Under the pieces are notes generated by a model. That model had not been told where the DNA came from and made no database searches. It saw nothing but the letters and a program-made list of their open reading frames with translations. Made by a program: the position numbers and the translations under genes. Below are positions 1 to 11,466 of a DNA stretch of 64,000 nucleotides, piece by piece. Position 1 is the first letter of the stretch, and the number at the start of each line of letters is the position of its first letter. Origin of the DNA: Vicugna vicugna (lineage: Eukaryota); assembly GCA_013265495.1 (NCBI GenBank), contig MU058387.1, forward strand, positions 186,001 through 250,000, written 5' to 3'.

Positions 1-2339
1 TCAGCTTATACCAGCTGTGAGCACATTCGTTTATATGTTTATTATCCACAGTTTGAGAATGGTATCATATTTGCATATAAATTTATGAACAATGTGACGG
101 AGAGATTAACTCTGGGTTACTTTGTTATGTCTTTTTACAAGAATGTAACTTATTCCGGGAGCCTACTTGGTATAAAGGTCTGATATCCTCCACTCTGTTT
201 AGCTTACAGCTGCTCGATGGGACAGGAAAAGGCAACAACTAGAGACACTGTGTGCTGAAGTCTGGAGGGTCTCTGGATGATATAAACCTCTTTATAGTCA
301 AACAATGTAGCACTAGCTCCTAGTTATGCTTTAGTTTAGTCCAGACATTCCCTTATTCCAAGCAGCCAAAAGTGATTGACAGCTTGATTGCATCCCAATC
401 CTAAAAGTCTTTTTTCTTGAAATTATTAATGAAAAATGGGGGCAGTAGGAAGGATCTATGGGTTTAATATGCAAAGAGTTGCCTAAAACCAAAGCAAGGC
501 ATTCATGGAAGCAAGATACACTTGTCTAGTTAAATTTTATAATGGTTTCACACACGGGAACACTAAAGCTTTTGCTCACACTATTTTTTCCACCTGGAAT
601 GCCCTTTCTATAAATTCCTCATGGCCAAATTTTATTCGTGTTCAAGGCTGTCACATCTGGGAAGCATTTCCTGATAAGCCTCTCATTCGTCTTCAGAATT
701 CTCAAATTTTCATTTAATCTTTTCTGATACGTTTTTGAATATATAAAATATAATATATAGAATGCATGTAATAAGCTCTGTATTATACACTCTGTAAAAG
801 CGTATGTGGAAATATATGTATGTGTATCCATATCTATATACATTTTGTAATAATTTTATTGAGAAAGAAGAGAGAGGAGGAAAGTTTCTCCCTCCCCCCC
901 ACCATACCTAGAAATTGATCTTAACCTAAATCCCAACAGTGTCGCCTCTGGAAGTCCACCATTCCTTTTCTAAATTAATCTCAGGAGGCCAAATCGCCAT
1001 CAGATTTTCTCTCCTTGGATGTAACTCTCTTTTGGCTTGCTTCGCCAAATCACTTGTGTGCCATCTCGGATAATGAACTCAGGTTTTGATTACTTTCCAA
1101 CCACATTCAATCTCACTGTGTGTTTGTGAGTTTCATTTTTGTTTTTTAATTGGATGAATTTGAGAGGATCATGGAGGCAGTTCACGAGGAGCAGAACTCA
1201 GTCTTCTGCAGTTTTGATGTCTCCTTTAGCTCTGTCTTCCTTCCATTTCTGCCCCATCCCCTCCCAGACTGTCCGTGAGACATCCACATTTGTCTCATTC
1301 TATTATTCAGAGCAACAACTTGTCTTTTTCACTGTTGATATTACAAAATCCAAGGTTTCATTCTCAAGGGCTCAGCAGAACAAAGGACCCTTCGTTGAAA
1401 GGAATTCAAGCTGACTCTCATCTTAGAAAGTAGTCAAGGATATAAAGGCAAATGCTTCCTTGTCACACAGTTCCCTGTGAGACATTCACATAAACACTCA
1501 CATTCAGGTTTAATGGAAGCAGGTCTTTTTTCACTGGCACAAGAACAACTCATCTGGAACAGTAGATGTCTATCTCTCAATGTTTGTTGATTGACTTTGA
1601 CTGACAAAAATAAATGAATAAGCAAATGAACTAATTGCACATTCCTCAAGGCCAAGGAACAGATGTATATCCATTAGCCTAACACACTGCTGGGCTCACA
1701 TGAGCTACATTGTAACCTTTTCATGGGATTAAATACAGAACCAAAATTTGGGAGGCTATTGTTTGTATTACCAGACACATTTTTGCATATTTTGCAAGTA
1801 TTTATAGATCAAATTAACTGTTAATGCTCCTGCACACTGTGGGATTTGCCTGAGCTCCTTAGTTATCAGGATTAGTTATCATTTATTTAGTCCTTTACAT
1901 TAAGAAGGATTTAAACAGAATAACACCGTGCTGTCTTAAACGTTATCATGTATGTGCCTCTTGCTTTGAATTGTTTGCAATCTGTAATAATCCAATTTTA
2001 GGTAAGTGTCACATAATACAAAAGATAATTGCACTGTTACTGGTTGTATTAATGTTGTCTAAGTTAGAGGAGAGAGATGAATTACTTTACAGGGAAAGAG
2101 AGTAATACATAAGATCCAAGTGGATGGGAGACCGAGATAAAATAACCCCAGGTTTAAGTCCTTAGAAAAAAGGAATTTCAAAGTACGGATCTGCTTTTCT
2201 ATAGGATCACTATACTGAACTTAGAAACTTCATTTTTTTTCACTGTCTTTATTTGGAATTAATAAAGCCATAATTTACGGCGATCATTAAATTGTGTTTC
2301 TATTAAATCAGGGCAAACGGTAGACAGAATGGATTTTTA

Positions 2340-2900
2340 GAAGACGCAGCATTTGTAACGCTGGGTTTGAGCTGTCAGAGGTCAGCGAGGCGCCCTGCTA
2401 CTGTGCGGCCGGCGGGGCGGCGGTGGGAGCGGGCGGAGGAGCCGACACCGACGGCGGGGCGGCGTCTTACTCCCGGCTAGTGCGCGGGGCTCTTCCGTAC
2501 GGATCTACGCGGAGCTGAAGTTGAGCACGTGTCAATCATCTCACAGGAAAAGGAAGCCGCAAGCCCGTTAGGCTTTGTCCCTCTGCTGCAAGGAAAATCA
2601 AAGCTCAGGGGCAGGGAGGAAGGCGCACAGGGCTGAAGTGAGACAAGTTCTATGGAAGATCCTCATTCTCCATCTCACGGCGCCTGCGGAGTAGTCCTGC
2701 CGTTACTGAATCCACGCTCCTCTCCCGGCACTGGGCTGCGAACTTGGTACCCATTTTCTCCCGTGCAGCTCAGCACATCCCTTTGAGATGGGCGCTGTTA
2801 GGATTCTTCCTCTTTATGCGATGAAACCGTGATGTCAGAAGTTATTTGGCCCAAACGTGCTTCTAGAAAAGAGTTCAGTACGAATTTAAATCCGAATTTA
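2340..2900. promoter_or_regulatory. Small CpG island / candidate promoter
   Basis: About 40 CpGs in ~560 bp against a CpG-poor background. Two copies of CGGCGGGGCGGCG (GC boxes) at 2410-2422 and 2452-2464. E-box CACGTG at 2526-2531. ETS-like CTTCCG at 2492-2497. Confidence 0.7.
2695..2895 (-). mobile_element. MIR SINE, diverged and CpG-rich
   Basis: ttactgaatcc...ggcactgggct...gatgaaaccgtgatgtcagaagttatttggcccaa follows the antisense MIR core. Confidence 0.55.
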
Positions 2901-3084
2901 AGGGGTGTTTGAAAGGTCTGTTGGGTTTGAATGGTGAATGGGAATACAAACGGTAACGCTCACTATTCATAGCAGTTCCGGGAAACAAACAAACAAACAA
3001 ATGACAGTAAGTGTAGGCTCTATGCCTGAGAGGAGGAAAAAATAGGTAATGCAATTTTAACCATGGAGCGTACTATTAAGGAAA

Positions 3085-3280
3085 ACAGGTTATTTATGGA
3101 TATTATCTCAACTGATCCTTACAATAATTCTGTGAGTCAATTGTATAATCACAAATTTCCTGCCGAGGGAAGTAAGGCTGAGAGAAATTAAATAACTACA
3201 CAAAAATCATAATTTTTTTTTAGCTTGTAAAGCAAGGATTCAGTCCAGAACTGTAAAACCCAAAACGCTATGCATCACAT
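3085..3280 (-). mobile_element. MIR SINE
   Basis: tattatctcaactgatccttacaataattctgtgag...ggctgagagaaattaaataact resembles the antisense MIR core. Confidence 0.7.
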
Positions 3281-4944
3281 GGGGGACATTCACGTTTATC
3301 ATTAATGACAAAATCGCAGAGTAATGTAAGCACAGATCCTTCTAAAGTAATTGAAGTTGTGACTATGCCCAAGACTTTGTTTTGTATCTATTGAGTATTT
3401 GGCATTATAGCAGATACTCAAATGATAAGCAAGAAAATATTGTTACTCCTCTGAAGGAATGAGTAATTAGTTTTTGCACAGATGCAAAAATGGAAAGGCA
3501 AATAATTCAAACATTCAAAAATCCAGATAAATAAAAACAGGTAAGAAAGAAAAAAATAAGCACTGGTTAAGCATATGGAAGAGGACATGCCGGGTAAGAA
3601 AAATTAGTCAAAGCAATTTCCAGATTAAGACATTGTGTGAGAAAATTGTGAGATACCCTGCGGTTACCCGAGAGAAGAGACTCTATTGGGCATTTGTTGG
3701 TGAATCTGAGTTTAAATTTAAATCCACTCCCCCCAAAAAAGAAGAAAGAAAGAAACAATAAATAATTTTAAAGGATCTTAAATGACATGTCGAGGGGTCT
3801 AAAACTGATCTACTAAGCAATACATAGGGACAGTATAAGATATTTACAGTGATTCTTTGAAATACCTTTTAAGACCTTGGGAGCACAAGGCTTTTGCAGT
3901 TTTCCTTGTAAATGCTGTTCAGATTGGCCCAGGGAATAATGCAGTCATTTGAATTAAAAATGAACTTAAGGATCATAAGTAAAGGATAATGATTAATAAG
4001 CTGTAGAGCCTTCTGGGGGAACTATCGAGTGGACCTCTTCAGGTTTGGTGCTAATGATCTGTAAAAAGGTGAGGACAGCATGTTAATGAAATTTTTGGTA
4101 ACATTAAATTGGGAGAGGCTGGAACATAATTCAGATCAGAAAAAATATCTTACAGAAATGACTCTGAGGAAGTTAGGAACTTGAAGGAAGTAAACCAGCA
4201 TCCAGTGATACTAAATTCTAAGTAGTATATCATAAGATAGATTTTTAAAATCATCAAAGTGGAGGACATCAGTGAAAGAATAATGAACTGTCTTGGAAGC
4301 TAAGCGTATAAAACAGATTACCTGCTTGACGTCTGAGCATGGCTATTTTCTATGTCATCCAGACAAGGTATTGACACTATTGGTTCTTAGAAGAGAAATA
4401 TTTTTTCAGTACATGAAGGCCTATTGTTTGTTGAAAACTACTGAAAAACAGTCAGAAGGTCACTGGAATGGTAGTAGGGAGAGATCAAATTTATCTTCCA
4501 CTGCAGTGTCTCTTACTGTCCAAATGTATGCATAAATTCGTTCCAGGCAGGTAACGTGAGAACACCAGTTTTCAGAACAACCTTTTGTGCCGAAAGAGAG
4601 AATTATGGTCTGCCAGAAGAGCAAAGCATCATAAGAAAAACTGAGTTTCCATATTATAATAAACTGAGTCCTAAAAAGGAGAGGTAAGAGATAGGCTCAC
4701 TTACACAGATAAAGGAAATAAAATGGACTACTTCTCCAAAAGTCCTTAAGAACAAAGTAATATCATGTTAAATTCCAATCGGAAAGGCTTTCTTTTTTAA
4801 CTAGACTTTGTTTTGACGTTCCTTTCAATACAAATAACTACAGCAACAAGCATTATTAAGCAATTTTTTTCCCATACAAAGAAATATTATTTTGTTATTA
4901 ACAATAGTTTGTTTAAAAATCTTAAATTAGTGTAACATTATAAT

Positions 4945-5180
4945 TGAGACTAAAGACTTTGAAGCCAAATCTGAAGTCAAACCCTGGCTCAACAATTATT
5001 TAGTTATGTGATTTGGGGCATATAATTGAACATTTGCCGCTCAGTGTTCTTATTTGTACATCAATATGACTACCTCAAAGACTCAAAGACTTTTGGGAAT
5101 AAATAAGAAAATGCATATAAAACATTTAGCATAATTTTTCAACTACTGTAGATGCTCTGCAGTATTTATAAGTATTGTAT
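4945..5180 (+). mobile_element. MIR SINE
   Basis: gactttgaagcc...aaccctggctc...tagttatgtgatttggggca...ctcagtgttcttatttgta...aatgcatataaaacatttagca. Confidence 0.75.
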
Positions 5181-5429
5181 TTGCTAAGCATGAAATCATC
5201 AAATGCTATGGTTGGAAGAGTTTTTAGTGATTATAAGCCCAACCCCCTCAATTTAGGGATGAAGAATCTTGGAATGCAATCACTTCCTTAAGATTATATT
5301 GAAAGAATGAGGGCCAGATTCAGTATTATAATTTCTTATCCAGAGAGATTATACAGATTTACTATGACCCATGCCCCAGTAATTTATATGGGTAGTTTTC
5401 AAAGTTATGAAATGTGTGAATTTCATTTT

Positions 5430-6150
5430 CTTCCATGGGTTCCACTAATATTGTCTTCTGTCTCTTCACCCAGAAATAAATAACTCAATAGAACAGTGTA
5501 CTGTCCTATGAAAAGCTCAGTTAAGGCATTCAGTTAGGGACAACACTGTCCTCCACAACGCAGTATCTACATTGGACCAGTGGCCAGGAATGATGCTCAG
5601 TCTCTGTAGCTAGACCACTCAGGTCTAGGAAGCAAAAGAATGATGCAAGATAAATCTCTTAACACCATGACTCCCAGAGCTTTGCTGAAGAACTTGTGCT
5701 TTCTTTCTCCACGTTGCGTTCAATTGGATTAGATTAAATGCATTTCCACGAAATGCTATCACCATAGGACACAGTAAGTGTTCCGCCGAAGTTGAAATGA
5801 AAACTATGCCTAAACATTTGAGTTTTTCCTTGTCTGCAAGGAAAGAAAAGTCTTTCTATGCTGGTAGGAATCATAAACCCTATTTATCAGAGCAGATAGT
5901 GTTTATGCTGCATATGGAGCCAAGAATGACTATGGATATAAGCCCAGATGACTCATGGGATGTCTTTTTCAGTTCTCGGTAACAATGGTGAATGGGCAAT
6001 AACATGGTACATGGTCCAACAGAGACAGGCAACTAAGGGTTCAGACTCCTTGAACTTGAAGATTAGAATCAATCCCTCAGGCAAGCACCTCACATCCAAT
6101 AAAGTACTGATGTAAGGCAAAGAATCTGGAAAGGAGAGGGAGATGGATGA
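5430..6150 (+). mobile_element. ERV-L (class III) internal remnant: integrase C-terminal region plus dUTPase, decayed
   Basis: Collinear with the recalled HERV-L pol/dUTPase region (caccCAGAA...atagaac...ctcagttaaggca...gggacaacac; caccataggacaca; aatgggcaataac...cagactccttgaacttgaagattagaatc...aaggcaaagaatctggaa). ORF 5797-5982 has PKHLS and EQIVFMLH, resembling the ERV-L dUTPase segments PGHFG and DEISLLLH. Confidence 0.7.
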
Positions 6151-6219
6151 TGAAGAAAATGGGAAATGCTTTCCATTAAGACTCTTGCATTAAAATTTGT
6201 GAAAATTGTGACTTTGAAG

Positions 6220-6656
6220 GGATTTCTAATGTAGAGTGAAGTTAAAGAGGACACCAAAAAGATATAAGCTGTAATAGAAGAGGCTTCCTGAGCCAACAGC
6301 TTCTCTTGATTCAATAATAGGACTTCCTTGGAAACCCATTCAACACTCATGCATATAACTTCAGAAGCCCAGAATCCCAGGAGGTTAACATCCCTGAGCC
6401 AAAAGTGAATGGCAGCCAGCAGATACATGCTTAATCTTTCCTCCCTGGAGATCAGAGCATCCTGAGATGTGTTTCAGGACATTCCTCAGATTAAGGAACT
6501 CTTTATCTTTAGAGGAGGCCAATTCAGTAATGTACTGGATCTTTCCCTGTCCCTCTCTCCTGTGTTCACTCATGCTTCTTGATCACACTTCCCTTTAACT
6601 ACTTTCATTTAAATCATTGACTTAACTTTACTTTCTGGAGATCCCAGGCCAAGATA
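6220..6656 (+). mobile_element. Probable 3' LTR of the ERV-L remnant
   Basis: Directly follows the ERV-L internal segment and ends ctggagatcccaggccaagata, like the ERVL LTR terminus ...GAACCCAGGCTAAGACA. Confidence 0.5.
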
Positions 6657-6669
6657 ATATTCAGCAACA

Positions 6670-7375
6670 AACTCCAAACATAAGTCAAACCCCCTGCTCC
6701 CTCAATCTTCTCTATCATAGTAGCAATTCCAGTTTTACCATTGTGTAGGCCAAAAAAACTCTGGAGTCATCCTTGTCTTTTGTCATAACTCACATCCAAT
6801 CTGACATCATATCTTGTTGCTACTATCTTAAAAATATATTCAGAATATAATCACTACTATGATCCTGGTTTGAGAAATAATTATAGTTTATTGCGTTAAA
6901 ATTGTAGGCTCCAAACGAATCTCTGTATTTTCATCCTTACCTCCAATTGTCTACTTTCAACACAGCGATCACAGCGATCATTTTAGAATGTCAGTCCATT
7001 GTTTCACTCCTCTCCTCAAAACCCTCCAAGGTCTTCCCATGTCACTCTGAGTCAAAGCAAAAGTCCTTTTGGTGGTCCACATTTATAAGTTTGACCTTCT
7101 TTCCTACTGCCTTCCCCTAGAGCAGTCCACATCAACCACATAGGCCACCCCGTTTTTCTTTGAACTGTCCAGAAGTATGTCTCCCACAGGACCGTTGCTA
7201 TTTCCTCTGTGTGGAATAATAGTCAGCCTTGTCTCTCTTTCCCCAGACAGCCACAAGCCTTGCTCCCCTATTCCCTGCAAGTTTTTCTCATTTATAAATG
7301 GGATTCCTTCTCATTACAATGGCATTCCCTATATTCATTCTCGCTCTAGCCTCTTCAACATTTTTATTACTCTCT
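6670..7375 (+). mobile_element. L2 LINE 3' region, part 1
   Basis: ggccaaaaaaactctggagtcatccttg...cacatccaatc...ctcctcaaaaccctccaa...gagtcaaagcaaaagtcc are L2a hallmarks. Confidence 0.85.
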
Positions 7376-7384
7376 AAGGCAGAC

Positions 7385-7950
7385 TAGTTATAAAACGTGG
7401 CCATAATAATTTATACCATCCTTGTAGGCATGTTCATTTTCAATAGTACTTGATATTTTTCTCATCCAAAGAGGGACTCTCTTTCTCCATACTTGAATCT
7501 GGGCTAGCCTTATGAGTTGCTTTGACCAAAAGAATGTTGTAGAGGTGATTTTGTGGGAACTCCAAGTCTAGGCCTTGAATGGCATCACAGCTTTACTCCT
7601 AGAACATCGCCCTGGGTTCACCATGTGAAGAAGACTACTTTAGCTTACTGGAGGATAAGTCTTAGAAAGTGCAGGCAAGCTTTACAAAATAAGGTCCTCC
7701 AGATCAGGCAGCAATAGCCAGCACCAAATGCCAGATGTGACTGAGGCCATCGGAGACCACATAGCCCCAGCTGAGCTGCTAGACGACTGTGGCTGTGTGA
7801 TTGCCCCCAGGGAGGACCAGAAGAAGAACCATCCAGCTGAGCCCAGCAGAATTTCTAACCCATAGAATTACATGCAAATAAATAGTTGCTATTTGAAGTA
7901 ACTACATCTGCAATGATCTGTTATGTAGCAAAAACAAACAAAAAACTCTG
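7385..7950 (+). mobile_element. MaLR MLT1 (G/H-like) solo LTR inserted in L2
   Basis: cttgaatctgggctagcctt...ttgctttgaccaaaagaatg...catccagctgagcccagc...aaataaatagttgct...tgttatgtagcaa. Confidence 0.85.
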
Positions 7951-7954
7951 ATAT

Positions 7955-8160
7955 CATCTAGTTACTATATACATTACTGTATCTTTTATATTTAGAAATT
8001 ATTATCTTTCCCTCTCCTTGAAATAGAATGTAATTGTCATGAGGACAGGATGTTTTAATCTGATTTTTATTTGTTTGTTTAACTGCTATATTCTCAGAAC
8101 CTAGAATGATTCCTGGTACATAGGGTGTGCAATAATTATTAATTAGATTAATCAATGTCT
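7955..8160 (+). mobile_element. L2 LINE 3' terminus, part 2
   Basis: tagaatgtaa...catgaggacagg...cctagaatgattcctggtacatag...caataattatt is the L2a 3' end and continues the L2 interrupted at 7375. Confidence 0.8.
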
Positions 8161-10512
8161 CTAGGCAAGTACACATTAAATTAATAAATGTCTCTAATGG
8201 CAAGAGCAGGAATGCCTAGATACAGGAGAAAGTATTTCATAATCTGTAAATGTTCCTTTGGTGAACATTGGTTAGGAAGAGAGAAGAGGGCCTCTTGAGT
8301 CTCATAAACCAATGAAGTGGAGAAGGTTTTGGGGAACTTCTGTTATATGTACCACCTTACATTTGCTCAAAATCTCCAGAGTTAAAATGTCCACTTAACT
8401 AATTTCAGAATCATTTTGTTTTCCATTCAGAATTATCTAGGATGTAGTTTATAGGGTGATAGTAAGGGTTTCCCATATTGTCTGAACAGCTATATTAAAT
8501 GAGTTTTTGATGAAATTAATCATCCAAGAAACTATGTCATCTTTAGCCTGTCACTGAGGTGGAATATTTTGTTTCAGTGCACAAATCCATAAGGATTTGG
8601 ATCAAAAAGAATGGAAATGCATTCACCAGTTACATTCCCTGAATAGAGATAGAGACACCAGCTGGGTAAATAAAGTCATTGATCTCAGGCTTCTAACTAA
8701 GCATTTAGGCTCTGTCAATTCCTGGAGAAAATGTAGGAATTTGGTCAATTTTCTAGGAATTTCCAATTTTTTTTTCTTACACCTAGATAGATAAAGCATG
8801 TGATGCTTGCAAAATCATTCAGCACTTAATAGATTTGGTCTTATGAATTCAGACATGTTTACCTCAAGCAGATAAAGTGAAATCTTACTTTATTGAATTC
8901 TAGAGGCACTCAAATATTCAGATAAACATGTTTGATCAGTCACGTTCAGTTCACGGACAGTACACTGGAGCAATCACCTAAGTAATTGGAAGGATGATGG
9001 TGGTGCCACAACTGTAATCTTGGGGCATGCATATTTCTATTAGGATCTTGTTATTTTCATCATTCTAATTTCTGTTATATTTAGCACTGAAATTACACGT
9101 TGAAACTCTGTTCCCTGTAGAACATAATTTTTCCTTCTTTTTTTTTTCGTTTTCTAGAAGTTAATCGCTGAGCCCAAGCTTTCAGGTCTTTTAAATTATT
9201 CCTTTATCTCTCTAGATAGATTTTTGTCAAGTCATGCATTTCCAATTAGTACCAAAGAGCAATCTTCCCTCCTAAAGAATATTTCTCTAGGCACAGAAAT
9301 GTGTATGCAATATTTGCATTACGGACACTACAAAGAAGAAAAGGAAATACTCAGTCTGGTAAATGGTCTATGTTTCCAGGAAGGGGCAAAATATGAATAG
9401 AAACAATGAGCTGATACTTAAAATGTCCAACCATAGACTAAGTTTTGATGGCAAAAATCAGCACTAGAAACTCAAATTATTAATAATCACCCAAGGGAAG
9501 TAGTAAAAGTTTCATTAGGGAGATCTTAAAAAGCTAGTGAAAACCTGAAAAAAATTCCATTTTGACAGAAAGGTACATTATAAGAGAGCATCACTGCTTT
9601 TTCCTTTTCCTATGTTTTTGATCCTTATGAAAAGCAGGGAAGGAAGACATAGAGATTTGGTATTTAGGCAAAATAATGATCATACTGATTTCTACATAGT
9701 CCTTAATAAAGATGTAGCAACTTTAAGAAGTTTTTGTCTATTTACATTTAGGAATAAATTAATCTATCAGAGCTTGGGCAAAAGTCCATCTCTGGTATCA
9801 TTAATGGCGCTCTCCTGACGTGTAGCAACGTAACAAACCAGGCGTCTCTGATATAAGAGGTGCAGTTTTAATACTGATGTAGAAACAGTGGGAACAGAAA
9901 AAGACCTTGGCTTGGTTGCAAGTTCCTTCTGTCTAACATGGCATCTGCCCTCTTTTTATAAACAGCCATTTGTATTTTACATAAAGCTGCCACCTGAGTA
10001 GTAAATGATTACAACTCCATTATCTCGGCAAAGTATCTCTTGACTCAGGACTCTGCACAGGGGTATAACCCCCAGGACAGTTCAATAGTAGGTGATATCA
10101 AAGCCAGGTGTGACTGTCAGTTTTACTATCATCCCCTGATAGATCCATTTGGATGCTTAAATTTAAATCAGAGGGTGAAGTAAGTTTTGTTTCTAACTAC
10201 ATATAGCAAAACATATACATTTCTCCAAAAAATGCTTGCATATTTGTATGTGCTATTATAATAATGCATATGTAAACACTGGTTTCAAATAATTAACTGG
10301 TAGCATTAACTACACTTTTTATATAAGTATGTCTGTAGACAAACACTTTTGTAGGTCAAGACCAAGTCCATTTGAAATGGAAAATTTGCTTTTTCCACCA
10401 AGGAAGCTTCTCTGCTGGGTATTAAAAGACATTTAAAAAATGGCCCTTTTATTATGAGACAAAACTGTGTATGTGGCAAACCCATCACCCTAGTGCTTAA
10501 AGAAATGGTATT

Positions 10513-10871
10513 GAAAATGTTAAAATAAATCAGATTCACAGTGAAAAGAAACCATGCAAAAGCATATTTGTCTGTCCTTTGTGACTGGCTTACTGCATTC
10601 TGTTGATTTTCATTTTGTGGTTGGCTTTATTCGTTTGATAACTATGTAAGTTTAAAAAGTGAAAGCTCTAATCTGTTCTTAGAAACAATGGTCAGTACAT
10701 ATGTAAAGTAAAAAATATGTGCAGTATATTGTACATATGTATTTACACGCAATATAATATATGTGTGCAGTCAAACTGTAATAATTCTACCTAATAAAAC
10801 CGAAAAAGGGAAAAAAAGAAAACGTTCAAATAAATCGGATTCACAATGAAAAGACACCCTGCCAAAGGATA
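10513..10871 (+). repeat. 54-bp imperfect direct repeats flanking a 251-bp A-tailed insert
   Basis: 10513-10566 vs 10818-10871 are 46/54 identical with no gaps. The insert ends ctacctAATAAAaccgaaaaagggaaaaaaa. Confidence 0.85.
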
Positions 10872-10914
10872 GGTTTTAGTGAATATGGCAGCTCACTGAT
10901 AAAAATAGCCATAA

Positions 10915-11150
10915 TAATGACTGCTACATGTTAAATGTCTATAAAATGCTGGACACTATACTCAGAGCTTTACAGACATCATCTGGTTTTGTCTCGCAGG
11001 AATCTTGCAGTGTGGGAAGTATTGTCCTTATGCCCATTTTACAGCTATATTCACAGGGTAGGAACTTTTCTCAAGGTTACACAGCCTTTGGTATTGGAAC
11101 TGCACGTTGAATTTTAGCATTGCAGTTTACAAAACTAGCCCAAGATTTCT
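10915..11150 (-). mobile_element. MIR SINE
   Basis: tgcccattttacag...ctcaaggttacacagc matches the antisense MIR core. Confidence 0.75.
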
Positions 11151-11215
11151 GGCAATATTCCCTTCATTCATGATTTTACTCATTTAACCAGTATTTATTG
11201 AGCAACTTACTCATT

Positions 11216-11466
11216 CAGGGTTGAGTACGGGTGGACCTGGGGTGAGGACCCGGAGCCTGGCTACAAGCCCAGACAAGGGCAAGGATAGTAAACTGTTCCT
11301 GTCTCAAGCACCAGCTGTGATCAATTGGCAACAGCTGCCTGAAAAAGTGTGTTAAAAATTCCACAGTTCAGGTCAGGTGAGCAAAGAACACTGGAGAAGA
11401 GAGACGAGCAATGTCTATGATGTGTGAGGGGATGGCAACACAGGACTCCAGTGTTCGACTTCCCTG
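11216..11466 (+). mobile_element. MER102-like hAT-Charlie DNA transposon
   Basis: CAGGG...CCCTG termini and the internal string gcaccagctgtgatcaattggcaacagctgcctg...tgtgtt...agcaatgtct resembling MER102. Confidence 0.55.

Noticed and set aside
901..1480. Possible minus-strand coding exon ending at TAG|GTATGG (~908)
   Set aside because: All three frames have stops shortly before the donor, and there is no recognisable protein similarity.
10513..10871. Direct repeats as a CRISPR-like array
   Set aside because: Only two units with a 251-bp spacer, in a mammalian context with no cas genes.
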